A stretch of DNA of 63,594 nt, the filler included, from Octopus bimaculoides (lineage: Eukaryota): NCBI RefSeq assembly GCF_001194135.2. It is 10 parts of 8 records of this genome, joined end to end, with 100 filler letters (N's around TTAATTAATTAA, not from the genome) between each part and the next. Parts side by side here need not be neighbours in the genome. Positions count along the whole stretch, not along the records: positions 47,753 to 53,292 come from NC_069000.1; positions 53,393 to 57,341 come from NC_068993.1; positions 57,442 to 59,772 come from NC_068982.1; positions 59,873 to 62,482 come from NC_068995.1; positions 62,583 to 63,594 come from NW_026306003.1; 5 more parts are not named here. The stretch is one strand, 5' to 3'. The translations under genes and the position numbers were made by a program. Shown one piece after another: positions 52,736-63,594 of this stretch. Positions within the stretch are counted from its first letter, which is position 1, and every line of letters begins with the position of its first letter. The notes under the pieces are model-generated. The model worked only from the letters and a program-made list of their open reading frames with translations, was not told the DNA's origin and did no database searches.

Positions 52736-53134
52736 NNNNNNNNNNNNNNNNNNNNNNNNNNNNNNNNNNNNNNNNNNNNNNNNNNNNNNNNNNNNNNNNN
52801 NNNNNNNNNNNNNNNNNNNNNNNNNNNNNNNNNNNNNNNNNNNNNNNNNNNNNNNNNNNNNNNNNNNNNNNNNNNNNNNNNNNNNNNNNNNNNNNNNNNN
52901 NNNNNNNNNNNNNNNNNNNNNNNNNNNNNNNNNNNNNNNNNNNNNNNNNNNNNNNNNNNNNNNNNNNNNNNNNNNNNNNNNNNNNNNNTTGCCCGTACAG
53001 GTGCACAACTGTGCCACACATCAGATATCGAAGTATTCACAGAGCAACATCGAAACTACAATCGTGCGATCGTGAGTGCAATTCCCCAACCACTAAGCTA
53101 CATATCATCACAATTTGCGCTAATACACTTCAAA

Positions 53135-53292
53135 TGGAGGCGCAATAGCCCAGTGGTTAGGGCAGCGGACTCGCGGTCATAGGATCACGGTTTCGATTCT
53201 CAGACCGGGCGTCGTGAGTGTTTATTGAGCGAAAACACCTAAAGCTCCACGAGGCTCCGGCAGGGGATGGTGGCGAACCCTGCTGTACTCTT
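53135..53292 (+). mobile_element. SINE family O 5' part, cut by the scaffold end
   Basis: tggaggcgcaatagcccagtggttagggcagcggactcgcgg. Confidence 0.9.
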
Positions 53293-53392
53293 NNNNNNNN
53301 NNNNNNNNNNNNNNNNNNNNNNNNNNNNNNNNNNNNTTAATTAATTAANNNNNNNNNNNNNNNNNNNNNNNNNNNNNNNNNNNNNNNNNNNN

Positions 53393-53434
<42 letters not shown>

Positions 53435-53671
53435 TTGGGATGGGGGAAAGAAGTTGCTGGAAGAAAAACACTCAATAACAAGTTTTTGCTTCATGTTACT
53501 TGGTAGAATCATTTGAGCTTTGACAACAAAATAGAAAAATAAAGAAAAAAGAAGAAAGTCAAAAAGAAAATTCTATCCATAAACTAATCTTATCCGCCCA
53601 CCATTCCTGAAGGGTGGATGGGGGTGATAGAGTCTTCAGTCACCTTCATAGGGTCCTATCAAAAGTGACCA

Positions 53672-53900
53672 CTAATAGACTTTCCGGTTGGAATACCGAG
53701 CGCGACCAAAAAGACTATGGATATTAGCCATCCATCTCGTTTTTGGTCTATTCATAATTCTACTGCATGGTGACTTGACTTGAAGAATTTGTCTTGTGAT
53801 TCTCTCCTGCGACATTCTTTTCACATATCCATTGTACCAAAACTGTGACCTCTCCATGCAAAGAAGTAGCGTCTCGACCTGATCTCTGAGCTTCACATCA
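53672..53900 (-). mobile_element. RTE LINE ORF C-terminal fragment
   Basis: MERSQFWYNGYVKRMSQERITRQIL..RPKTRWMANI matches the RTE motif LRWxGHVxRM..GRPRTRW. Confidence 0.75.
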
Positions 53901-54100
53901 TGTCAAGTAAGGTTACTCCACAGACACTTCAGACGATATGATAGAATTTGTTTAGGGTGTGTAAAGAGGGAAAGAACTCTCATTTGCAATTTTGATGAAA
54001 TTCGAATCATAGGTATTCCAGTTCATTAGAGAAAACATAACGGAAAAGTGTAATTCTTCAATGACATGTAGCACGGGCATCGCCGGATATCTCTGCTAGT

Positions 54101-54138
<38 letters not shown>

Positions 54139-54199
54139 TGTATGTATGTATGTATGTATGTATGTATGTGTGTATGTATGTATGTATGTATGTATGTAT

Positions 54200-55549
54200 G
54201 TATTTATAAACCCACTTGTCAAGCAAAAAGATTTGGCAAATGGTGTGGTATCTTACGAATGTGAAAAACGGAGGTCTGAGACATTACGTAAAGCAAAGGT
54301 AAAAATGCGGCAAGGTGAGATTATCGAAAAATTACGCAGTCACACACACGCACCAGATATACCGAGGTGTGAAGGTGCAAAAGTGCTTCAAGAAATTTTA
54401 AAAAACGTGCAAAAGAAACTGAAGAGACTGCACAACAAATCATTGCCGAAGCTTGTACATCTATATCGGAAGACATAGCTACAAAACTACCTTCCCTCCA
54501 TATCCTCCGACGAGATGTAAGATGCTATAAACAGAAGAAAAGGAACCATTTACCGTTGCCATCATATACTCAAGATATTATTATACATGAAAACTGTTTA
54601 AAAAGTCATTGGGGGAAAAATTTTTGTTGGATGATTCAACGTTTGACGGTAAAAGGATTTTGATATCTGAAACGGCTTAAAGCATAGAATTTCTAAAAAT
54701 TTCTGCTCGTTGGTGTTTTGATGGAACATTTAAAGTTGTCCCTGAAATTTTCAGCCATTTGTATATGATTCATGCCGTAGTAGATCAACACACTATACCC
54801 TGCATCTATGCACTCTTGCCGGATAAGACTCAGATAACTTATAACAAATTAGTACATGACGAAGTAAAGAACATGACGAACTGCACTCCTGTGAGTGCAA
54901 TGATAGATTTTGAAAGAGCAACGGTGAATACTTTATTTGTGCAGTTTCCTGAAACTGACGTTAAAGGGTGCTTCTTTCATTTGTATCAAAATATAGACAG
55001 GGAAATACAGAAGTTTGGCTTTCGAAAGCATTTTCAAGACAATGTTGAATTTTCTCGCAATATGAGGATGGTAGCAGCCCTTGCCTTTATATCTCCAGAA
55101 ATTGTTCAGGCAGCTTTTGAAGAACTCTATGATATTATGCCAGAAGAAAAACTTTGCCAGTTTTGGATTACTTCGAAGATACTTATATCGGCAGGCCATG
55201 TCAACGAGGGCGTCGAGAAGCAACATTTAGCATATCTCTTTGGAATATGCACGCAAGAACAAACACTGAACTTCATTGTACGAATAATTCTGTCGAAGGA
55301 TGGTACCGGCATTTTGTATTACTTGCCGGGTGTTCTCATATAGTCATCTGGAAATTTGTGAGTATTTTAGGACGAGAAATTAACTTTTAAAATGTTGAGA
55401 TGACTCAGTTTATTGCTGGTATCGCTACTGAACCACCGAGAACGAAATATAAGGATGCAACGTCATGAATTTTATCAGTTGCACAGACATACCAAGAAAA
55501 ACCATATTTAGATTTTCTTAGAAGCATTGCATGTAATTTAAGGTTTTAA
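54200..55549 (+). pseudogene. MULE (Mutator) transposase with an N-terminal FLYWCH-like domain
   Basis: YECEKRR..HTHAP; DGTFKVVP (54720); IDFERA; KGCFFHL; FEDTYIGR; TNNSVEGW; C-terminus FLRSIACNLRF*. A few stops and frameshifts. Confidence 0.92.
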
Positions 55550-55694
55550 ATAAACGTTTGGCATTTTCACATAAAGTTTCTCAGCGATTATATCTATTTC
55601 TAAATTTTACACAAAAATATCAACTAATAAATATGTTAAATTTTTTATAAAATTTCATTTTCCTTAAATATTTTTAATGTAAAGAAAGAACAAT

Positions 55695-55755
55695 ATCCCG
55701 GGGGATTTTGTCTTGCAAGGATTTTGTCCCTGGGTGGATTTTGGATGGCAAAGCC
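55695..55755 (+). mobile_element. MULE 3' terminal inverted repeat region
   Basis: Repeated GGATTTTGTC units ending in ..AAGCC. The matching 5' TIR is absent. Confidence 0.55.
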
Positions 55756-55779
55756 TATTATTTTTCCAGGAAATTAAAT

Positions 55780-56128
55780 AGGCTGATTCATACTACCAAT
55801 GTTTTTCTGATTCGGCAGGAAGAGCACAAAAGTGAAGTAGATCTCTTAGTTTGAGACAAAAAATCACAGGATCTCAATATAATCAAGCATTTATGGTGCA
55901 GTCTGGAGCAGCAAGTGAGGAGATGTTTCCCTCCGATGTCGTCGTTGAAAGAAACTAAAGTAAGTTTTATTTGAAGAATGTCTCAAAATTTCCTTGACAA
56001 CCATTCAGAACCTGTACGATTCTTCGACATATTAAAACTGTGATTGATGCCAGAGGTGGACCAGGTCCGTATCAAATAATAAAACTTCAATTTAACAAAG
56101 TGTTTCCCTTGTTTTATCTAGTCTCTGT
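55780..56128 (+). pseudogene. Tc1-like transposase 3' fragment and end
   Basis: SQDLNIIKHLWCSLEQQVR..SSLKE..TIQNLYDS..VIDARGGPGPY; ends in ..TCTCTG|TA. Confidence 0.8.
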
Positions 56129-56289
56129 ATGTCACATTTCTATGGAAGACAATACGCGGTCAGCAGCTGTCAAAAAGTGTCATTTAAGTCCCGCTTTCAA
56201 ATGACGCATGATGTTACTTAAATAATACACAAGGACACTCATAGGTCAAACTGTCCTGGGATAAATATAGACGCCGCCGCTGTTGTTGA

Positions 56290-56570
56290 ATATCTACGTA
56301 CATATAAGCAGAAGAGATATTGCTGGAACATTCTCTTCAAAAATTCGTTGAGTTCAATCATAGCAGGTCTGATACAGCCGTTTGGAACAGAGGAGAAAAA
56401 TTATATTCTATCAATAGCCTGATATATTTGATATAGTTACCTGTAACTTAACTACACTGATCACAAATTCGTATTTATATCAGTAATTACTGATGCAGGT
56501 AGATGGCTATATTAGTAAATGTTTAGACAATCTCGAAAAGCTGGGATATTCTAGGGAAAGAAAGTGACCA
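56290..56570 (+). mobile_element. RLE-type LINE remnant
   Basis: RYCWNILFK..HSRSDTAVWNRGEKL; aatctcgaaaagctgg is shared with the 25900 copy. Confidence 0.55.
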
Positions 56571-56619
56571 GCTAACGTGAACGGGGTTTTTTTTTTAATT
56601 ACAAGGTTGTGAATGGGAT

Positions 56620-56930
56620 TTTTAATTATACGGCTGTAAGAAATGGACACTTTATCGTCGGGACATCAAAAGGTTCGGGTTGTCTTAAACAGCAAAAGTA
56701 CTATGCAACCAACAATGCTACCCTAGATAAAGAAAAAAGGCGAAGCATAGAATCCACCATGATGAGACACTGGCTAATATGGTCAGGGCAAGTGGTTACA
56801 ATGCTAGAAGAGAAATTTTTTCGCCAATCCTCTTTGATGAAATTAATTCTTGGAACAATCTATGAGGATGTTCTTATCTTCGTTACAAAGACCAGCAAAA
56901 GACAAGCCTTAAAATAGCCGGAATTGAAAC
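56620..56930 (+). mobile_element. RTE LINE C-terminal fragment
   Basis: SIESTMMRHWLIWSGQVVTMLEEKFFRQ..YEDV. Confidence 0.65.
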
Positions 56931-57224
56931 GGAAACGTGGGAAACTTAGGCTCAGAATCTCAACAAATGGTTTCATTCTAACACTGCTTGAATTGACGTT
57001 TCTGAAGTTAAAAATTTAAGGAAAGATAAAGAAAGATAAAAAAAAAAAGCGTAACGAATGCCTAATACAACAACAACAATAACAGTCATCCTACCCGACC
57101 CAATAAATCTTCCTTGCCTTCTTTGTTTTACGTAAGGATTGGCCTGCTTAGTCATTCACCAACGCCATCAATGCGGAAGACCTACTCAGTGAAGAGGAAA
57201 CTGAAATTTTCGGACACGAAATAC

Positions 57225-57241
57225 AACAGACGACGACGATT

Positions 57242-57293
<52 letters not shown>

Positions 57294-57300
57294 CGACGAC

Positions 57301-57341
<41 letters not shown>
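57225..57341. repeat. (GAT/GAC)n trinucleotide repeat
   Basis: Direct reading. Confidence 0.95.
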
Positions 57342-57441
57342 NNNNNNNNNNNNNNNNNNNNNNNNNNNNNNNNNNNNNNNNNNNNTTAATTAATTAANNN
57401 NNNNNNNNNNNNNNNNNNNNNNNNNNNNNNNNNNNNNNNNN

Positions 57442-57496
<55 letters not shown>

Positions 57497-57497
57497 G

Positions 57498-57548
<51 letters not shown>

Positions 57549-57687
57549 GTCTATCTATCTATCTATCAACTGTTCTCTTTTTGCCTGTCTGTCTGATTGT
57601 CTATCTGACAGTGGCCATGAATGCATATCTATGATCTGTTTTCCTAAGTCTATATGTCTCCATTTGGCTCTTTATATACTCATAGAT

Positions 57688-57724
<37 letters not shown>

Positions 57725-58930
57725 CACACTTACGCGCACACACATACGCGTACACACATACGCGTACACACATACGCGTACACACACACGCGTACACGCA
57801 TACGTACACACACGCACACTACACGGATAAAGGAATAATTCTGAAGACGCAAATCAAAGCAATGTGAAGACGCAAATATCAGCGCAACTAAGAAAGGTGC
57901 ACAACATATTTATGATCATTGTGCGATGTTTACGCTTTCTATTACTCATTTGCTGGAAATTGTTATGGGTATTGGTGCACCTTATTTTATTGCTTTCTGC
58001 TCAATGTAAAAATTCATAATTGATTTTTGCGTTGAATCAAAAATGACAGAGAAAATAGGCTTGAAGAATGTGCTAGAGAGAAATGAGATAAGAGAGGAAA
58101 CAAGTACAGAGTACGGGGAGATGAATCATGATATACAGGTGTATTATGGTGGTAGCAGGTCAACCTTAAAAATGGTGAAACGAAGCGTGGCGGGAGAAAG
58201 AAAAAAAGATAATAAGGAATTGTAAAAGACTAAAAAAGAAAAAAAAATTCGCAAATGGTGAAACACTAAATAGTTACATCGGATGAAATGGATAGATAAA
58301 ATTTCGTTATAGACCTCTGAATAATTGGTCATTACGTTTTGATTCTTGGAAATATTCACGTGAAGATTACGATGAAATAGTTTCTAAGTGTAATTCTTTC
58401 ATTTCTACAGGAAGTGTTGCATTCAGAGCCGCAAAGTAATGAACAGTTTGACAATTTGATAGCAGAATTTTTGGTACCGAAATGGCCCCTTCTTACAATA
58501 AAAGGGTGCATAGAACATCAATAGGTTTCGTTCCCATGAGAGTAATCTTACATTTTGGACTCTTGTCATGTAATAGAGAACAGAAAAAGAAAATAGCTTA
58601 CACTAATATATACTATAGTATTTCACTGAACGAGATGTGCAATAAATATAAAAGTTCATTCGTTGGAAATTTGGAGATAATACTCAACCCATTCGACTTA
58701 ATATCAAATTCCATCAAAATTATTAACTTGGTTCAGGAAGATGAATGTGCTGTTGAATTAAACATTGAAAGCGAGGCCAACAAAGCTTTTGCCTTTCTAA
58801 CAGTTCACTGAAGAGCAAGACTTTAAAGCGTGAGGCTTTTCTCTTCTCAGCGAAAAGGAACATAAAGATGACAAGATATGAAATGCCGACATGATATTTC
58901 GGTTAGTTGTTTGAACCCTTATTGAAGTGC

Positions 58931-59313
58931 GTGGAGGCGCAATGGCCCAGTGGTTAGGGCAGCGGACTCGCGGTCATAGGATCGCGGTTTCGATTCCCAG
59001 ACCGGGCGCTGTGAGTGTTTATTGAGCGAAAACACCTAAAGCTCCACGAGGCTCCGGCAGGGGGTGGTGGCGAACCCTGCTGTACTCTTCCACCACAACT
59101 TTCTCTCACTCTTACTTCCTGCTTCTGTTGTACCTGTATTTCAAAGGGCCAGCCTTGTCACAGTGTGTCACGCTGAATATCCCCGAGAACTACGTTAAGG
59201 GTACACGTGTCTGTGGAGTGCACAGCCACTTGCACGTTAATTTCACGAGCAGGCTGTTCTGTTGATCGGATCAACTGGAACCCTCGACGTCGTAAGCGAC
59301 GGAGTGCCAACAA
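58931..59313 (+). mobile_element. Full-length SINE family O with 11-bp TSD
   Basis: tRNA-like head (A box tggcccagtgg, B box ggtttcgattcc), (CAA) tail; TSD TATTGAAGTGC at 58920-58930 and 59314-59324. Confidence 0.92.
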
Positions 59314-59740
59314 TATTGAAGTGCATATCAGCTCTCGCATGTCCCAATGGGCGAAGGTACAGCATAGCTGGAGCTGAAAAGAAACCTTGCAAGCCACTGA
59401 ACATAGTAAGGACACCTAATCTGAAACGGTGTACGTTCTTGCGATGGTCTTTGTGGCCGAAGGATAACATCAACCGAAGGGGCCGAGTTCAATCCTTACT
59501 AAAGGTGGCATTTCAAAAGCAGCAGGAGGACACCTAGGAGTCATGACTTATGTAGGCACGGCTCCCACAAGAGTGTCTGAAACTAACGGACCAAAACATT
59601 TATTTGACCGGAATGTTTTCTCTGAAGATTTCTCCAGCTATCTGCTCGCCTCGTAATAACTTTCCACTTATTAATACAGAATTTCATATAATTTTGCTTC
59701 CATACATTATTAGATACTTCACTACGTGTATATATATACA

Positions 59741-59772
<32 letters not shown>

Positions 59773-59872
59773 NNNNNNNNNNNNNNNNNNNNNNNNNNNN
59801 NNNNNNNNNNNNNNNNTTAATTAATTAANNNNNNNNNNNNNNNNNNNNNNNNNNNNNNNNNNNNNNNNNNNN

Positions 59873-59963
59873 AAGAAGAAGAAGAAGAAGAAGAAGAAGA
59901 AGAAGAAGAAGAAGAAAAGAGAAGAAGAAGAAGAAGAAGAAGAAGAAGAAGAAGAAGAAGAAG

Positions 59964-60000
<37 letters not shown>
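59873..60000. repeat. (GAA)n(CAA)n repeat
   Basis: Direct reading. Confidence 0.95.
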
Positions 60001-60194
60001 GCCGGTGATGGTTAAAATCAGATTTGTTGACGACGTCTTTCTCTGTTGATCAGGGTTTGGCTTGACGACATTTGATTGGGTAGTTCTTGTTGTTGCTGTT
60101 GCTGTGTTAGAAGTCTTTTGATTCGAGGCACGGGTGAGGAAGGGGAAGTCTTTCTTCCTTGGTATTTCGTCCTTTGGAAGGGTAAGTTATCAGG

Positions 60195-60248
<54 letters not shown>

Positions 60249-60479
60249 TTAGAGAAAGTGCATTCCGACAATTGGTGACCAGGTACAGGTTCTCGTAACC
60301 ACTACAGCAAACTAACAAGTAGATGAAGAAGAGAAGGAAGTACTTAAGAGATGATGATGATGACGACGACGACGATGATGATGATGACGACGATGATGAT
60401 GATGATGATGACGACGACGATGACCATAATAATAACAATAATAATAATAATAATAATAATCCTGTCTTTTATAGATAAT

Positions 60480-60585
60480 TTGGTGGGTGCGATAAGTCGA
60501 TATCGTCAACTCCAGTCCTCAACTGGTTCGTATATTATCGACCCTGAATGGATGAATGGCAAAGTCGAGGCCGGCGAAATTTCAT
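60480..60585 (-). mobile_element. SINE family M fragment
   Basis: ttatcgaccctgaatggatgaatggcaaagtcgagg. Confidence 0.75.
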
Positions 60586-60696
60586 CTAACCATTCACACA
60601 GAAAGGTGACCATACCTTTAGATTTGAAGAAAGACCAAGTGTTTGCCATCGATGCAACTAGGTTTACAGCACGTGCAGATATTACAGATCAGTGGC

Positions 60697-60759
<63 letters not shown>

Positions 60760-61520
60760 GGTGGTGGTGGTNNNNNNNNNNNNNNNNNNNNNNNNNNNNN
60801 NNNNNNNNNNNNNNNNNNNNNNNNNNNNNNNNNNNNNNNNNNNNNNNNNNNNNNNNNNNNNNNNNNNNNNNNNNNNNNNNNNNNNNNNNNNNNNNNNNNN
60901 NNNNNNNNNNNNNNNNNNNNNNNNNNNNNNNNNNNNNNNNNNNNNNNNNNNNNNNNNNNNNNNNNNNNNNNNNNNNNNNNNNNNNNNNNNNNNNNNNNNN
61001 NNNNNNNNNNNNNNNNNNNNNNNNNNNNNNNNNNNNNNNNNNNNNNNNNNNNNNNNNNNNNNNNNNNNNNNNNNNNNNNNNNNNNNNNNNNNNNNNNNNN
61101 NNNNNNNNNNNNNNNNNNNNNNNNNNNNNNNNNNNNNNNNNNNNNNNNNNNNNNNNNNNNNNNNNNNNNNNNNNNNNNNNNNNNNNNNNNNNNNNNNNNN
61201 NNNNNNNNNNNNNNNNNNNNNNNNNNNNNNNNNNNNNNNNNNNNNNNNNNNNNNNNNNNNNNNNNNNNNNNNNNNNNNNNNNNNNNNNNNNNNNNNNNNN
61301 NNNNNNNNNNNNNNNNNNNNNNNNNNNNNNNNNNNNNNNNNNNNNNNNNNNNNNNNNNNNNNNNNNNNNNNNNNNNNNNNNNNNNNNNNNNNNNNNNNNN
61401 NNNNNNNNNNNNNNNNNNNNNNNNNNNNNNNNNNNNNNNNNNNNNNNNNNNNNNNNNNNNNNNNNNNNNNNNNNNNNNNNNNNNNNNNNNNNNNNNNNNN
61501 NNNNNNNNNNNNNNNNNNNN

Positions 61521-61559
<39 letters not shown>

Positions 61560-61980
61560 TAAACATATATATATATATATATGTATGTATGCATTTATAT
61601 ACATTGATATATGTATGCATGCACACAGACATACATGACGGAAAAACTACACTTCAGTTTTGATCAACAGTGAAGAACCGTCCCAAACCGCCATTGGTAA
61701 GCACGTTCGCTGAAAATTAACCAGTCAACAAGCTGACCTTTTTTTACGTATCTACGTGCAAAGGAACAGAAGAGTTAGATGTAAATACAGCCAACCAGGG
61801 AAGGAAAAACGAAGGACCCTTATCTGAACCCAGGAGATATTCGTGTTTTGGCTATTTTCTGGTCATTTGTTTGTATTAATGTTCTTTTTATGTATATATT
61901 TAGTTGCTTTGTAAGGGAAATTGTTTGTTTGTTTTTGGATTTTATGGTTTTTGTGTGGGTATTTTTTTTTTAATATGTGT

Positions 61981-62030
61981 TGGTTTTCGTTGGTTTTCGT
62001 TGGTTTTCGTTGGTTTTCGTTGGTTTTCGT
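61981..62030. repeat. (TGGTTTTCGT)5
   Basis: Direct reading. Confidence 0.9.
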
Positions 62031-62448
62031 TGGTTGCATTCGTTTACTTTTATTATTGATATCGTTCTTAGTGTTTGCTCTAATTTTCGTTGGCCTTCGT
62101 AGGTTTCATATATGTATGTGTGTGTTTATATGTATATGTATGCATGTATATATATATATATATATGTATATGTANNNNNNNNNNTATGTATGTATATATA
62201 TATATATATATAACTAAGGACGTGTGCCTGTGTGCGTCTATATAATTTAGATAGATAGATAGATAGATAGATAAATAGATAGATGCATACATACATAGAT
62301 AATATATATATATACATACAAGCATATATATATATACATATGAATATATAGATACATACGTATGTATATATATATATATATATATATATAGATCGATAGA
62401 TAGATAGATAGATTGATAGATAGATAGATAGATAAATAGAAATATATG

Positions 62449-62482
<34 letters not shown>

Positions 62483-63594
62483 NNNNNNNNNNNNNNNNNN
62501 NNNNNNNNNNNNNNNNNNNNNNNNNNTTAATTAATTAANNNNNNNNNNNNNNNNNNNNNNNNNNNNNNNNNNNNNNNNNNNNAAAGATGTTCTTTTGAAA
62601 CGCCTTATTACTCTGATATAAGAAAGCAATTTTGTATATAACTGCCATGAAAGCTATTTTCCGTCGCAAAAAAGTACAAAAATCTGTCAGCTGGAGGAGG
62701 GAGAGATTGTTGGAGGTTGGTGAGAGAGGTTTTCGGAGGCTTGCAAGAAAGTACTCTGACTCGTCGTGGCATTTTAAAGGTGAATTTTATGACGGCTAAT
62801 TTATTAAAGATAATATATAAATGTAGTATATATGTATATAAATATATGAATGAAGTGTTTAATGTTTAAGAATGAAAGGAAGAAACTGCAATAATTTTCA
62901 CACTCACTGGTGGTCGCTCTCAGTAACTACCTTTAGCTTACGGAGTTCTTGTTTTTATAACTATCGAAAATCAGCTAGAAGGATAGACATATTGTTGAGA
63001 ACAAATGATTTCGTTGGAGGTCTGTTATCTCCATTCCAGCCCCTAGTGACCTAGAAGAGGTTAGAAGGGTCAAGTGGCAAAGGCATTATTCTGCTTAGCG
63101 AAGGCATCTGGGAAATGTATAACTGCTGTCATTCAGAGAAAAACTATTGTTTTACCATGAGAAAAGCGCTGTTAAAGTGTTAAGTGAAATTTGACAATCA
63201 AGGTTCGAATCCGCGCTATGCCACTACAAATACGTTGTGGAATTAAAAATTTATCTCCTTTCATGGAAAAAGTGTAACTAAAAATGCAGAATTATCGGAA
63301 TAATGGGCATTAAAAAAATATGTATATATAGAAATGTATGAATGAATTCTTTAAAGTTTAAAATTCAAATCAAGGAAGTGCAATAATAATGTTTAGCAAA
63401 AACATTATTTAAATTTTAAAATTTAAATTGGTATCTTCCAGTTATACAAATGAAAATTTAATACTAATACTTTTGACCACCAAAATCAACCTTCTACATC
63501 TCAAATATGGAATGCAGGATAAGTTGCTGTTTGCACAAAATTGTCATGGATTACCAAGATGAATTTACAAGATATATATATATATATATATATA

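Noticed and set aside
58400-58810. Possible exon at 58411 and a Penelope RT-like stretch (ELNIESEANKAFAFLTVH)
   Set aside because: No good donor for the exon, and the RT similarity rests on one weak motif.
58931-59010. tRNA-like sequences with A and B boxes (also 15500-15573, 29490-29620, 53135, 63200)
   Set aside because: SINE heads continuing into SINE bodies; no complete cloverleaf.
61658-61696. Possible 26- or 39-nt exon before GTAAGC
   Set aside because: Weak acceptors and too short to assess without RNA data; the candidate at 60602-60661 was dropped for its weak donor.
1-63594. A novel multi-gene biological system
   Set aside because: No intact gene cluster or unexplained long ORF exists, and the window is ten separately assembled scaffolds dominated by known TE classes.

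Overview
Eukaryotic, AT-rich, microsatellite-saturated draft-genome DNA. It is most likely a coleoid cephalopod, probably Octopus; this is inferred from the tRNA-derived SINE families and the (TACA)n/(TAGA)n load, not from a database search. The window is not one locus. Nine identical 100-nt spacers (44 N + TTAATTAATTAA + 44 N) join ten separate scaffolds, so neighbourhoods across spacers have no biological meaning. Nearly all ORF-track entries are translations of microsatellites or N runs. Recognisable content is a transposon graveyard: at least four SINE families (dozens of copies, some nested or inverted), decayed RLE-type, R4/Dong-like, CR1, RTE and Tx1-like LINEs, hAT, mariner, Tc1 and MULE transposase pseudogenes, a Helitron 3' end and several MITE-like TIR elements. 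There is also a variant interstitial (TTAGGG)n tract and a 119-nt hairpin. No complete host gene, intact tRNA/rRNA, CRISPR array or intact ribozyme was found; a few isolated exon candidates are listed at low to moderate confidence. I found no evidence for a new multi-gene system. The best leads are the TIR elements, the hairpin, the RLE retroelement/(TACA)n association and the inverted SINE pairs.
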